In this document: positions 31,363-41,855 of the stretch, piece by piece
Position numbering within the stretch: position 1 is the stretch's first letter
Layout of the letters: each line of letters begins with the position of its first letter
IMG/VR virus record: IMGVR_UViG_3300024308_000304
Source of the DNA: an uncultured virus (IMG/VR IMGVR_UViG_3300024308_000304)
Lineage: Duplodnaviria > Heunggongvirae > Uroviricota > Caudoviricetes
Strand: one strand, 5' to 3'
Length of the DNA: 64,000 bases
Made by a program: the position numbers and the translations under genes
Notes under the pieces: generated by a model
Databases searched by the model: none
Told to the model about the DNA's origin: nothing
The model's input: the letters and a program-made list of their open reading frames with translations, nothing else

Positions 31363-31929
31363 TTAGATGAATTGAAGACTTCTAAAATAATCAATGCTGG
31401 CATTCAGTTTCATACCATCTTTGAAATGTTGTAAAATAATCAACAAGTCATTATCAGGTTCATTAATAATCATTTCAGGTATTTCAATAACACATTTAGT
31501 AGGAATTATTTCATCATCATTGCTTACATCATCAATGAATACAATATTATTAATTGTTGTTCCAAGTCGTTCTGCAATTTTGAATAAATCTTTCTTTTGA
31601 TAAATTAAACGTTGTTTATCATAGCCAAAAGCAGGAACTTCAACTCGTATGGTATCTTCTCTATGAAAAAGTGGTTTATCACCATACCCAAGATGATTCA
31701 CAATTTGTTCAGCATAATCTTTTGTCGCTCTTGTATAGAAAAATAATTCAAAATTGTCATCAATATATTTCAAGAAATCAAAAACACCATCACGAACATG
31801 AAGTGCATATTTGAAAGGATCGCAATTAAAATAAAGCTCAGCATTGTCAGGTCGATCATTAAGTGCATAATATCGCTCTGTAACAATAAGAGTTTCATCA
31901 ATATCTAATCCTACATAAATTTTATTCAC
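31363..31929 (-). CDS. HAD-superfamily phosphatase (FCP1/NIF-like)
   Basis: LDIDETL, YTRA, FIDD; GTG start with GAGG SD. Confidence 0.85.
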   Translation of the reverse strand: MNKIYVGLDIDETLIVTERYYALNDRPDNAELYFNCDPFKYALHVRDGVFDFLKYIDDNFELFFYTRATKDYAEQIVNHLGYGDKPLFHREDTIRVEVPAFGYDKQRLIYQKKDLFKIAERLGTTINNIVFIDDVSNDDEIIPTKCVIEIPEMIINEPDNDLLIILQHFKDGMKLNASIDYFRSLQFI

Positions 31930-31942
31930 TTCATTTCCTCAT

Positions 31943-32713
31943 TTATAGTTTCATAATTTCATTAATACTCAAATCACAACGTTGAATAGAAGTTGTCATA
32001 GTCTTAACAGCATGACCTGCCATTTTATCTGCAATTTCATTACCTTCGATACCAACATGACCATTGATATGGTTTATTTTAAGCCTATCAGAAATTTCAC
32101 AATAGATCTCATAAATTTCTTCAACTAATTCTTTATTCTTTACAGGCTGTTTTGAAGATGTTCTCCAATTGTTCTTTTTCCAGTTTGATGCCCATTCAGT
32201 TACACATTTAATAGAGTATTCAGAGTCAGTATAGAAAATAATTTTACCAACACCACTATTTAAGAACATTTTTGCCATTCTTATGCCCTCAAGGAAAGCA
32301 GTCAATTCAGCAATGTTATTAGTGCCTTGCTCAATATATCGACCATAAAGAGAATACTGATACACTGCATCATGATAAATAGCTAATCCAATGCCAGCTT
32401 TACCCGGATTTGGTTTACAAGCACCATCAGAATAAATTGTTACGGCTCCAACATTGCTCTTTTTAACAGATAAATCTTTAGCCATTGGAGAAACTGAAAT
32501 ATTTGGAGCGACTTTTATTACTGATTTAATTTTGTTCAAAACATCAATTTTACCATTAAAATAGTGAACGAAATAAATGTAAGAATTATATTCAAAATAA
32601 AAAGAAGATTGTACTTCATGAGACATACTGTGTTTGAATTCAATTCCATCTTGTTCTAAAAACTCAATAGCTTTATCTAAATCAGCATGTGAAAGGTTAG
32701 TTGATATTGTCAT
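31943..32713 (-). CDS. rnhA: Ribonuclease HI with N-terminal extension
   Basis: YSDGACKPNPG, TNNIAEL, TDSEY, W..NW, VKNKEL, HINGHVG..GNEIAD. Confidence 0.9.
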   Translation of the reverse strand: MTISTNLSHADLDKAIEFLEQDGIEFKHSMSHEVQSSFYFEYNSYIYFVHYFNGKIDVLNKIKSVIKVAPNISVSPMAKDLSVKKSNVGAVTIYSDGACKPNPGKAGIGLAIYHDAVYQYSLYGRYIEQGTNNIAELTAFLEGIRMAKMFLNSGVGKIIFYTDSEYSIKCVTEWASNWKKNNWRTSSKQPVKNKELVEEIYEIYCEISDRLKINHINGHVGIEGNEIADKMAGHAVKTMTTSIQRCDLSINEIMKL

Positions 32714-32773
32714 AAATAGTGTTCTCCAAGGATGTACTATTCTACTATATCATAGAAGGTAAATCAAGAGACA

Positions 32774-33211
32774 TTATATAATTTTATTCTTAATTAAAAG
32801 AGGAAATACATTTTTAAATCCTTCACTACAATGATTCAAGACCTCATCAAAAGGAACATACTTGAAATCATCTACTTCTGGCAATCTTGTTTGATAAAGT
32901 TGACTAAAAAATGTACTAGTGCATATAGCATCTTCAATTCGATAACTATCATCACCAATATATTTGAACAAATAGAGGTCTTTACGCTCAGTATAAATAT
33001 AATGACCTAAATCCAGCAGATGTTCATGTAAACAAATAAAACCTGATTCTTCTCTTAATTCTCTTATGGCTGCTTCGATATGAGTCTCGTTTTGATTAAG
33101 ACCACCTTTTGGAATGTCCCAAAATTTTTGATTGGTAACATGAGCCATAAAAAGTTCTTTAAATCCATTGGTATCCCGAACAATTAATGTACCACATGAT
33201 AGCTTTTTCAC
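32774..33211 (-). CDS. NUDIX hydrolase
   Basis: WDIPKGGLNQNETHIEAAIRELREESG Nudix box. Confidence 0.9.
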   Translation of the reverse strand: MKKLSCGTLIVRDTNGFKELFMAHVTNQKFWDIPKGGLNQNETHIEAAIRELREESGFICLHEHLLDLGHYIYTERKDLYLFKYIGDDSYRIEDAICTSTFFSQLYQTRLPEVDDFKYVPFDEVLNHCSEGFKNVFPLLIKNKII

Positions 33212-33290
33212 TTTTATATCCTAAATTCCTTATTTATACTTCGAATTATACCATAGTCATTATAAAATATAAAGATCTTATTAATAGATT

Positions 33291-34304
33291 TTAAGCAAAA
33301 GATTGAATGAGTTTTCTCTTTTTCTCTGGTTGATTAAGTGATGTAATCATTTTGTGGAATACATTCATTGTCTGATACGCATCATTACCAGCATTATGTA
33401 AGAATCCATACTCAATATCAAAATGTTTTAACATGTGTGACAGCTTCTTAGTATTAGGATTGTTATCATCAAAGAAATTTTTGAAGACAAGTTGAGTATC
33501 ATATATTTCTTTATCACTGATATCAATATCATGATTATCCAAGAACTTCATTTCAGCAGCATAGCTATGGAAAACAACAACATCGACATCTTTAAGAACA
33601 TCTTTCAATAAATTTTCAATATCTTTTATTTTAATAGGATAACTATCACCAAATAAGAAGCTTGATTGAATATTCATCTTGCGTTCTGCCCTTTTGTTTT
33701 CTTCAACAATGAAGTGATTAGAAATCATTTTTCCTTGATCAAGAATTGTGTAACCAATCTCAGTTACATTACTGAATACGAAAGGTTCAGCTTTATCATT
33801 AGGATCAAATTCAAAGTCAATAGACATAATTCTTTTATTCAAAACAGAGTTTGTATCAACATTGCCTAGTCTATTTTGTATTTCTAAATTTTTTTCTTTT
33901 TTGATTTGTCTTTCATTTTCTTGCTCAGCAATTGCTTGTGAAACAATATCAAGACATTTAAACTTTTTAACCACTGATTTAAGGTCATCAGCTTTTGAAA
34001 CTGGATGTGAGAATATTCTTGATTCTTCTATTTCATATGCCCTGCATTTATTGTAATCAAGATCAAGACCAGTTTTTATTTTGGTCATAAGATTAATTTT
34101 TGATAATTGTTCTTCATCAACAAAAAATGTAAATCTTGGTTCATCACTAATAATCATGTTGATATTGTCAATAGACAACTTATCAATTGCATAACGAACA
34201 GAATATGCTTCATAAATAAAGCTTGCTTGTTCACTTGCCTGCTCTATTTTTGAAAGTTGATTTAAAAGAGTGCCTTTCGCTTCTGATAGATTATACAATT
34301 TCAT
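33291..34304 (-). CDS. DEDDh-family 3'-5' exonuclease; basic C-terminus
   Basis: SIDFEF, FHSYAAE, YDTQ, LHNAGNDA. Start set at ATG 34304 (AAGGA SD); the longer ORF-track start overlaps a terminator. Confidence 0.8.
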   Translation of the reverse strand: MKLYNLSEAKGTLLNQLSKIEQASEQASFIYEAYSVRYAIDKLSIDNINMIISDEPRFTFFVDEEQLSKINLMTKIKTGLDLDYNKCRAYEIEESRIFSHPVSKADDLKSVVKKFKCLDIVSQAIAEQENERQIKKEKNLEIQNRLGNVDTNSVLNKRIMSIDFEFDPNDKAEPFVFSNVTEIGYTILDQGKMISNHFIVEENKRAERKMNIQSSFLFGDSYPIKIKDIENLLKDVLKDVDVVVFHSYAAEMKFLDNHDIDISDKEIYDTQLVFKNFFDDNNPNTKKLSHMLKHFDIEYGFLHNAGNDAYQTMNVFHKMITSLNQPEKKRKLIQSFA

Positions 34305-34344
34305 ATACTTCGTCCTTAAATACATGATAGCATATAACAAAAAT

Positions 34345-34367
34345 AAAAAAAGCCTCCGAAGAGGCTT
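34345..34367 (-). terminator. Intrinsic terminator
   Basis: AAGCCTC-TTCG-GAGGCT followed by a T-run on the minus strand. Confidence 0.75.
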
Positions 34368-35193
34368 ATCTTTCAATAGATTTTATTTTATCCACTAATG
34401 ATTTAAACGTACTATCAGATATTTCCAATCTTTGTAACCAATCTTTGAAATATTTGTCTAAAATGTCTTTCCTATGATGAGTTTCTGAATGATAGAGTAA
34501 GAAATCTTTATAATTTTGAACTTTATCACCAATCAACATATCATTAACATCTTTTAAAGGACTAAGATGAATTTCATCAATACTTGAAATAGTTCTTTTT
34601 GACAAATAAGCATTCGCAATATTACGATACTCCAGAGCTAAACCAACAAATTTAGAATCGAAGCAAGAATGAATGTAATTCCAGTTTTCTTTCAATGAGT
34701 CATCATCTTGAGTCAGTGGGTGCAGACAAAAAGCTCTCATTGCGGCTTCACTTGCTCCAGTTGCTTGCATAATATACAAACCTTCGTCAATATGATTCAT
34801 CAAATAGCACTGGCTACGTTCAGCTTTTTTATCACCGTAGAAGTCTTGAACAGCTTTATATTCTGGAAATTCATTTACACTTCCAGCAATAACATAATCT
34901 TTATTTTTATACTTTAAATATTCTTCAATGTTACAATCAGCAACTGTTACAATAGGTTCATCACATTGAATATGTTTAGAAGCGTAGCCTTTATTACGAT
35001 TATCTCTCAATACATAAAAAGACTTGTATACAACACCATCTTTAATGAAACTTGTTGAATAGCCACCATCAACAGGTACTAAAATCTTATCCCAAAAGAA
35101 ACCATCAAACAAAAGCTGGCGTGCTCTTGTCTGATAATAAACAGTTACATCTTCAATATTGGTAGCATCATGCTCAAGACGTTTAATATCCAT
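34366..35193 (-). CDS. Phage-type hypothetical protein (GNAT-like N-terminal part; HD-like helical C-terminal part)
   Basis: YVLRDNRNKGY; MNHIDEGL..FCLHPL..DKVQN. Start set at ATG 35193, just after the stop of the upstream gene. Confidence 0.6.
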   Translation of the reverse strand: MDIKRLEHDATNIEDVTVYYQTRARQLLFDGFFWDKILVPVDGGYSTSFIKDGVVYKSFYVLRDNRNKGYASKHIQCDEPIVTVADCNIEEYLKYKNKDYVIAGSVNEFPEYKAVQDFYGDKKAERSQCYLMNHIDEGLYIMQATGASEAAMRAFCLHPLTQDDDSLKENWNYIHSCFDSKFVGLALEYRNIANAYLSKRTISSIDEIHLSPLKDVNDMLIGDKVQNYKDFLLYHSETHHRKDILDKYFKDWLQRLEISDSTFKSLVDKIKSIER

Positions 35194-35194
35194 A

Positions 35195-35650
35195 TTAAAT
35201 ACCAGCTTCTTTGAATACTTGATTCCAATCCCGTTCAAATTTAATAACTTGTCCACCACCAGTTGCAAAGTTGTGAGCATTAGCCCATTCTGGATGATCA
35301 TCAATCAAGATATGACCTTTTTGACCAAGAGCACCTTTGTCTGGAGCAATAATGATGCGATCTTCAAACTCTGGAATATGATCTTCAATCCAGAAAATCT
35401 TTTCTGTGGCTGCATAAGGGTTCTTCTTTGGAATTTTAGTAAGAACGAAAACTTCATAACCAGCTTCAATAAAACGTAGAACAGCTTCTCTTGCTCCTTC
35501 CATGATAGGAAGATGACGATAAGCATCAATTTGAACTTTCAGTTCATTGAATGGAATATTACGATCTAGTGCTTCTTTTTCAAAGTCAGCTAAAACACCA
35601 TCCATATCAAAATAAACACGTTTTGGGTTGCTATAATTTTTGACTCCCAT
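35195..35650 (-). CDS. 5'(3')-deoxyribonucleotidase, HAD family (NT5C-like)
   Basis: YFDMDGVLADF, EKIFWI, ILIDDH; AGGAG SD. Confidence 0.85.
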   Translation of the reverse strand: MGVKNYSNPKRVYFDMDGVLADFEKEALDRNIPFNELKVQIDAYRHLPIMEGAREAVLRFIEAGYEVFVLTKIPKKNPYAATEKIFWIEDHIPEFEDRIIIAPDKGALGQKGHILIDDHPEWANAHNFATGGGQVIKFERDWNQVFKEAGI

Positions 35651-35725
35651 ATATTACTCCTTAATTTTCAATACCATAATAATACTATATTTTAGCTGTT
35701 TTGTCAAAGAATAAGTCTTAAGATG

Positions 35726-36349
35726 TTAAATGTTCATCATCTTAATAACATCAACATCGTCATCAGTTAAATCTTCTAAATGCTTATTATTAATACTGAG
35801 ATATTCTTTAATTGACTTCAAAGATAGTTCAACATTATTGTGTTCAATAGCACCATAAAAGAACCTAAAATTGTTTTTGGCAAGGTGTATTGGCTCATTT
35901 GTTTTCAAATAAATATAGTCTGCATCTGTTTTTGAAAGCTCTCTGATAATAGGGTTAATCTCGTTAAAAGCCTTAATGCCTAAATTTTTCGTAGCATGAC
36001 AAGCAAAGAAATTAATAACTAAAACACCACCAATAAACAACGAATAACCAGAAACAATAACGATTGTTTGAATCTCACTAACTGTTTTTGCGATTATTGG
36101 GAGTAATGAGAATAATGTAACTGGCAAGACAAACCAAATAAGAGGATTCATTCTGAATAGAATTTTTTTATCCCAAAAAGTAAGGCTTAATTTAAAAAAT
36201 AAGAAAGATGCAATAATATTAGGGATAATAATGATCATTGGAACTTTAAAACATATTGCAACAATTACATTTATAATTGACAAAGTGAATATTTGAAAAA
36301 TTGTATTTCGCTTACAGAGAGTATTATACATTACGTCACCTTTTATCAT
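35726..36349 (-). CDS. 4-TM membrane protein, MxxI family
   Basis: Ends LEDLTDDDVDVIKMMNI. Confidence 0.75.
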   Translation of the reverse strand: MIKGDVMYNTLCKRNTIFQIFTLSIINVIVAICFKVPMIIIIPNIIASFLFFKLSLTFWDKKILFRMNPLIWFVLPVTLFSLLPIIAKTVSEIQTIVIVSGYSLFIGGVLVINFFACHATKNLGIKAFNEINPIIRELSKTDADYIYLKTNEPIHLAKNNFRFFYGAIEHNNVELSLKSIKEYLSINNKHLEDLTDDDVDVIKMMNI

Positions 36350-36425
36350 TGTTAATAGAAAGTATCTAAGTAGAGCGTTATAATACTATAATTCAATAAA
36401 CAAGTCAAAGAAATTCAGGTGTTGT

Positions 36426-36617
36426 TCATATATTAATCATTTTAATTAAATTACAATATGCAGATATAAATAATATAAGAACACTCAAAAATAAAAAAAC
36501 ATTATAACTGACCACTTCAAAATAAATACTTTTAGATGTATTTGAAAAAAATATAATAATCTCTAATAAAATCGTAATAATAATTGGTAAAATCGAAAGC
36601 CTTAAATAAATTTTCAT
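36426..36617 (-). CDS. Small 2-TM protein, possibly a truncated MxxI family member
   Basis: 63 aa; ATGA overlap with the upstream gene; ends IKMINI. Confidence 0.5.
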   Translation of the reverse strand: MKIYLRLSILPIIITILLEIIIFFSNTSKSIYFEVVSYNVFLFLSVLILFISAYCNLIKMINI

Positions 36618-37210
36618 ATTTTCATCATCTCAATAATTTCCAAATCTTCTTCTTTTAATTCATTTATATTTTTATCAGTCTCATTTAGATACTTAATAAC
36701 TAATTTATAATCAATTTTTTTGTTGCCAATAATAAAAGAAGATTGAATAAAAGAATTGTTTTCTGGATAGTTTTGAAAAGTAAACCAATACAATTTAGTT
36801 TTTCTTTTAATTGTCTTTCTATAAAAATAAATTAAGTTTGAATTATCATGTAAATTAATAATCATTAAAAAAATTGTTAAAAAAAATAGAAAAGAATTAA
36901 AAAAAGTATCAACAAGAACTTTAAAATATAATTCATCAGAAACATGAATAGCAGTAGAAGTTGCATCGAAATGAGCAACAATTAATGCCAAAAAAAAGAA
37001 TATGCGAGACATTTGTATAGATTTCTTTATTTCATATTGAATACCATATTGCAATATGATGAAATCAAGACATAAAGTAATGATTAAAGATAAAAATAAT
37101 GGAACAATCAAAAAAAATGAAAAAGATAAATAAATAGATAAACTTAATAAAATAAACATGAAAAATGATCTAAAGAAAACAAATGGTCTACTTAAAAATT
37201 TTTTAAACAT
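36614..37210 (-). CDS. 4-TM membrane protein, MxxI family
   Basis: Ends INELKEEDLEIIEMMKI; GAGG SD. Confidence 0.75.
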   Translation of the reverse strand: MFKKFLSRPFVFFRSFFMFILLSLSIYLSFSFFLIVPLFLSLIITLCLDFIILQYGIQYEIKKSIQMSRIFFFLALIVAHFDATSTAIHVSDELYFKVLVDTFFNSFLFFLTIFLMIINLHDNSNLIYFYRKTIKRKTKLYWFTFQNYPENNSFIQSSFIIGNKKIDYKLVIKYLNETDKNINELKEEDLEIIEMMKI

Positions 37211-37245
37211 ATTATAGCCTCAATAAATGTAACCATTCTAATATT

Positions 37246-37321
37246 TGGCACTGATAATGGGATTTGAACCCATACCTCCTGATTCGGACTCAGACGCTCT
37301 ATCCAATTGAGCTATACCAGT
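37246..37321 (-). tRNA. tRNA-Arg(CCG), isolated; atypical G32
   Basis: Acceptor ACTGGTA/TATCAGT-G-CCA; anticodon arm TCTGA-GTCCGAA-TCAGG; T arm ATGGG-TTCAAAT-CCCAT. Confidence 0.8.
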
Positions 37322-37347
37322 ATATGACGAAGGATATCAGATTAAAA

Positions 37348-37971
37348 TTAAATAATCAACATCTCAATCAATTGAAAATCTTCATCTTTCATCTCTTTCC
37401 ATTTTAAATTGTTATCATTCATATATTTTCGTACTATATCGATTCGATATCCCATTTGGTCCCATACAACATGGTTGATTTCAAATGTTAAATGATATTT
37501 CACAAATATAAATCGACTATGTACATCTGTAGTACAATATTCATATGGAACATTATCCACATCATAGATATTATTTACCAAATCTTTAAAACATTCTTTT
37601 CTACCTAGAGAAATAAAAACTAATAAATTAGCAGAAATACTCCAAGCACATACAAAAAACATAATAGAAGATATCATATTTTCTGGTTTATATAGTGATT
37701 CAATTTCAAAAATGTAAGTAACTACATAAACCAATATTGAAATTAATGAAATTGGAATTATTGCGGCCCAAAATAGATTATACTGATAAATCATACGCTC
37801 TTTAATAGATGAGTATAAAATAAAAAGAGAGACGGAAAGAGTTACTAAAACAGAACCCACAACAAGCATTAAGCCATGATATGAAAAAATAAACAACGAA
37901 ATAGATAACAATATAACTGTTAATGTTGTTAAATCATATTTAATGTATTTTTTTACCATAGACAACCTCAT
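37348..37971 (-). CDS. 4-TM membrane protein, MxxI family
   Basis: Ends EMKDEDFQLIEMLII. Confidence 0.75.
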   Translation of the reverse strand: MRLSMVKKYIKYDLTTLTVILLSISLFIFSYHGLMLVVGSVLVTLSVSLFILYSSIKERMIYQYNLFWAAIIPISLISILVYVVTYIFEIESLYKPENMISSIMFFVCAWSISANLLVFISLGRKECFKDLVNNIYDVDNVPYEYCTTDVHSRFIFVKYHLTFEINHVVWDQMGYRIDIVRKYMNDNNLKWKEMKDEDFQLIEMLII

Positions 37972-38075
37972 TCAATTGCCAAATAATATCAAAAAGACTC
38001 AAAAAATGCAAATAAATTAAACATTGCATTGATGTGGTATTTATAATATAATAATGCCAAAATGAGGTCATAAAA

Positions 38076-38435
38076 ATGAACGAAAGAAAAATTGTAACCT
38101 GCTGTCTCCTTTTCATGATTATTCTTGGATTTGCTGCTATCATACAGCTTACTATTTTTAGAAATGAGAAATCACTATTCGTAAATGAAAACTTTACTAT
38201 TGTTGGAAGTTATAAAAACACGCTACCTAAATATTCTACAAAAAATGTTGTGAAACTGAGAAGAGATTCAAATAAGGACGAATTTGTCGTATATTTACAA
38301 GATGACTGTAAGCCTTATCCAGACAATAAAACTATAGATTTAACTGTAAGAGTTGACTCACAACAAATACTTTTCTGGAGAGTTAATTCATATTATTTAC
38401 CATTTGGTACTATTTGTATGCCAAAAAGAAAATGA
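38076..38435 (+). CDS. Single-TM hypothetical protein
   Basis: 119 aa with GAGG SD and an N-terminal TM. Confidence 0.65.
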   Translation: MNERKIVTCCLLFMIILGFAAIIQLTIFRNEKSLFVNENFTIVGSYKNTLPKYSTKNVVKLRRDSNKDEFVVYLQDDCKPYPDNKTIDLTVRVDSQQILFWRVNSYYLPFGTICMPKRK

Positions 38436-38442
38436 CAGCTAA

Positions 38443-39258
38443 TCAAATAGCTGTCATAACCAATACTTCTAATTCTTTCTCATTCATGTCAAATAGTTTT
38501 ACACCAATTTCTCTCTGATAATCAATAATTTTATCAATATGAACAACAGTGTCATCTATTTGAAATGTCATATCAAAAATATTAAATACTAAACTTTTTT
38601 TGTTTGAATAGATCAAAAATTTTCTTAAAAAATGAATGCTTGGTTCATCTAATTTATATTTGGCTTTATCAATTCCATTTGACACTTCAAAAATATAGTA
38701 TTTTTTTGAAAGAAAAGGTAATAAACATTTAGATAAATTATTCAAATCAAGATCAAGTGTTAAAAAACTTTTCCAATTAAGAACAGATACAGAATATGGC
38801 TGATTTGAACTTTTTGTAATCAAATGTGGAAATGTACATAATTTATAGAAAAACCATGTAAGTAAAGGAATAAATCCAGAATAGGCCACTATAATTAAAC
38901 ATACAAAAATTGAAAAATCTGTAATTATTGGAGATTCAATGTTATATTTGTTGTAACAAAGTATAGTAAAAGCAGAAAGAGAAGAAAACTTAAGATACAA
39001 ATCAGCATTACTTATATAAGAATAAGATATAATTCGATCTTTCAGTCTATATAAAAAAAATAAGAATGGAATTAGGAGTAATACAAATAAAACAGCCACT
39101 GTTATTAAATCATCTATTTGATATCTGTTATAATTAATATAAATAGAACAAGCCATTATAAACGGATAATAAATAGAATTAAATAATCCTAAAGCACTCT
39201 TAGTTAAAAACATAACATATACTCCTTTAAGTCGTTGGATTGTATCATTTTCAAACAT
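38443..39258 (-). CDS. 4-TM membrane protein, MxxI family
   Basis: Ends KLFDMNEKELEVLVMTAI. Confidence 0.75.
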   Translation of the reverse strand: MFENDTIQRLKGVYVMFLTKSALGLFNSIYYPFIMACSIYINYNRYQIDDLITVAVLFVLLLIPFLFFLYRLKDRIISYSYISNADLYLKFSSLSAFTILCYNKYNIESPIITDFSIFVCLIIVAYSGFIPLLTWFFYKLCTFPHLITKSSNQPYSVSVLNWKSFLTLDLDLNNLSKCLLPFLSKKYYIFEVSNGIDKAKYKLDEPSIHFLRKFLIYSNKKSLVFNIFDMTFQIDDTVVHIDKIIDYQREIGVKLFDMNEKELEVLVMTAI

Positions 39259-39396
39259 AAAATCAATCTTTTTTTTGTATATTTAACACTCAAAATATTA
39301 AGACCACCGGGCAGTAAAAATAATAATCAGTCGCATTAAACTTGAATTTTTGATTAAATATGCTATTGTTACTACAACCAACTAACAGGAGGCTTT

Positions 39397-39690
39397 ATGA
39401 AAAATAAATTAATGATCATAGCAGCAATGTCAGTTATTCCATTCTTCGCAATGGCTCAATCAACAACTAATCCAACCACTACACCATCTAACGAGAACAT
39501 CCAAAATCCAGCTAATGGCAATACTACTGATGGAATGAATAATGGTTCTGGTACATTAAATAATGAGATGCCAAAAACTAATAGACCAGATGTTGATCAA
39601 CGTCAACACAATAACATGGATAAAATGCATAAATACGACGATACAAAAGATAAAATACATGATACAGACACCACAAAAGATGATAGTTAA
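39397..39690 (+). CDS. Small exported low-complexity (N/T/D-rich) protein
   Basis: Signal peptide ...FFAMA|Q; AGGAGG SD; own promoter and terminator. Confidence 0.7.
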   Translation: MKNKLMIIAAMSVIPFFAMAQSTTNPTTTPSNENIQNPANGNTTDGMNNGSGTLNNEMPKTNRPDVDQRQHNNMDKMHKYDDTKDKIHDTDTTKDDS

Positions 39691-39714
39691 AAATAAAGGC
39701 AGTTTCAAACTGCC

Positions 39715-40437
39715 TTAAATTTGCATCATTTTTAAAACATCTAATTCGTTATCATCCATATCAAACAAAAACTTTTTAAACTCTTGTTGAAGTGAATATA
39801 TGCTTTCATGTGTGATCAACTTATCATCAATTATAAACATAAGTTTTGAATAGCTAACAGTCAAGAAACTATTGCCAGACAATACCATATATGATATGTT
39901 TTTGTAATCTATATTGTTTGTGTTTTCAACAATATAAAATTTTTTATTAGTATATCTTATAATCAAATTCATTAATAAAAAATAATCGAACCCCAAAAGG
40001 TTGTTTTCATCTGTATTAACATGTTTATTATTTGCTTTAACAAGCTGATTAGCTCTCTCAATAATAGACATTGTATTTTTAAAGAAATCATACAGAATGA
40101 CCACTTGAGAGAAAATTGAAAAAAAGAATAAATATTCAAATAAATTTAATATAAAATCATTATCATAATCTATAGATATTAAAATATAATAAAAGAATAC
40201 AATAATTAATGGAATTAATTTAAATACAATATCTCTTTTTAAAAAATAAGCATTTTTGATAATATTCAAGTATAATCCATTCATCCAAAGAATAACTGGA
40301 ATTAATGAAAGTCCTCCTATTATAACAGATAAAATAATAAAAACTTTCAAGTTAATATCAAGACACAAAAATACAAAAAAATAAAATGTAACATAAAAGA
40401 AAGCGTTAACTGTAGAGATAGCTAAATATTTAAACAT
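39715..40437 (-). CDS. 4-TM membrane protein, MxxI family
   Basis: Ends FLFDMDDNELDVLKMMQI. Confidence 0.75.
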   Translation of the reverse strand: MFKYLAISTVNAFFYVTFYFFVFLCLDINLKVFIILSVIIGGLSLIPVILWMNGLYLNIIKNAYFLKRDIVFKLIPLIIVFFYYILISIDYDNDFILNLFEYLFFFSIFSQVVILYDFFKNTMSIIERANQLVKANNKHVNTDENNLLGFDYFLLMNLIIRYTNKKFYIVENTNNIDYKNISYMVLSGNSFLTVSYSKLMFIIDDKLITHESIYSLQQEFKKFLFDMDDNELDVLKMMQI

Positions 40438-40438
40438 A

Positions 40439-41185
40439 TTAAATACTCCACATTTTTATAGTTTCTAATTCTTGGTCATTCATTTCAAAAAGTTTTTTAC
40501 TATATTCAGATTGGAAATGATTGATGTCTTTTTCATCAATAAGACAACCATCAATAACAAAACTTTCTTTTATATAATTAAATAATATTATTTTATTGTT
40601 TGAATATATCTTAAATTCAATATTACTTTCGTCTTTAGGTAACTTTTCACGAATAATATAATATTCATTATTGGTATAATTTTTAATATAATCCCGCAAA
40701 GCATCAAAATTAAAAAGAAAACCGCCGTAAGTAGAAAAGTCTTGTTTTTTGTTTTTGTGAATAACATCTAACTTATTTGCAAGATTTAATTTTTTATTAA
40801 ACATGAAAAGGAAATAAAAAAATTTAACAAAAACACACAACAACAATACAGAACCAACTTTTTTAAGAGTCGATTCATCTACAATCATTTGTCCTTGATT
40901 TTTGTAATGAACAACAATAAAAATAAAGCTTACAGATAAAAGTAATAAACATTTTATTAGTCCATCAAATAATGATAAATGTGCATCAATGATCACCTTA
41001 TTAGAAAAAGCAAAATACCATCTTAAAATAGGATATGAACATAATGTAACAACCAGTAAAATATTCAACAATGATATATAAGAACCATCAAAGCATTGAA
41101 TAAGAATGACTCCCCAAAAAATTAAGTTAAAAAAAGCATTGAAGGTTGAAAGTGCTATATATCGTTTCATATCTAAATACTCCAC
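40439..41185 (-). CDS. 4-TM membrane protein, MxxI family
   Basis: Ends KKLFEMNDQELETIKMWSI. Confidence 0.75.
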   Translation of the reverse strand: MEYLDMKRYIALSTFNAFFNLIFWGVILIQCFDGSYISLLNILLVVTLCSYPILRWYFAFSNKVIIDAHLSLFDGLIKCLLLLSVSFIFIVVHYKNQGQMIVDESTLKKVGSVLLLCVFVKFFYFLFMFNKKLNLANKLDVIHKNKKQDFSTYGGFLFNFDALRDYIKNYTNNEYYIIREKLPKDESNIEFKIYSNNKIILFNYIKESFVIDGCLIDEKDINHFQSEYSKKLFEMNDQELETIKMWSI

Positions 41186-41844
41186 ATTGTAATAACGTCT
41201 AATTCATATTGGCTCATATCAAATAACTTCTTTTTATAGTCTTCTTGAAATTGTAAAACTGTATTTTTAGTAATAATATTATTATCCATAATAAAATTGT
41301 TTTCTTTACAATTGAAAGAATAAGTTTTATCTGATGAGCTAATATCAAAAATGCCATCTTTACTTTGTTTACAATCGTAAATGTAATAAGGTTTAGAGGT
41401 GAATAGTTCCAAAGTAGTATTTAATTCTTTCCAATCATAACCATATAAGTGAAAAGTATATACATTATCAACAACTTTATAAATTCCCGTAGTGGTTGTA
41501 AAAAAAATAAACATGAACATTTCAAAAGAAATAATTAACATAATATAGAAATTAGCAATAGAAACTATGAATTTTTGATGTTCGTATATAATAAAAGATA
41601 AAATCATTAAAAATATAGGACCAATCTTGTAAAAAACATCCTTCAAAGATAAATAAGAATGAAAAACACAATTATTTCTAAGATTAAAAATAAAACGAGC
41701 TATTGGAATTAATGTAAGACTAAGAAAACACATTGCAGTAATAATAAATTCAGTAGATTCTTTATAGGTTAAAACAATATTAAATAATAAAAATACTAAA
41801 TAAAAAAATGAATTAAAAATTGAAATGGAAACTCTTTTTATCAT
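41173..41844 (-). CDS. 4-TM membrane protein, MxxI family
   Basis: Ends KKLFDMSQYELDVITMWSI. Confidence 0.75.
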   Translation of the reverse strand: MIKRVSISIFNSFFYLVFLLFNIVLTYKESTEFIITAMCFLSLTLIPIARFIFNLRNNCVFHSYLSLKDVFYKIGPIFLMILSFIIYEHQKFIVSIANFYIMLIISFEMFMFIFFTTTTGIYKVVDNVYTFHLYGYDWKELNTTLELFTSKPYYIYDCKQSKDGIFDISSSDKTYSFNCKENNFIMDNNIITKNTVLQFQEDYKKKLFDMSQYELDVITMWSI

Positions 41845-41855
41845 GAACTACTCCC

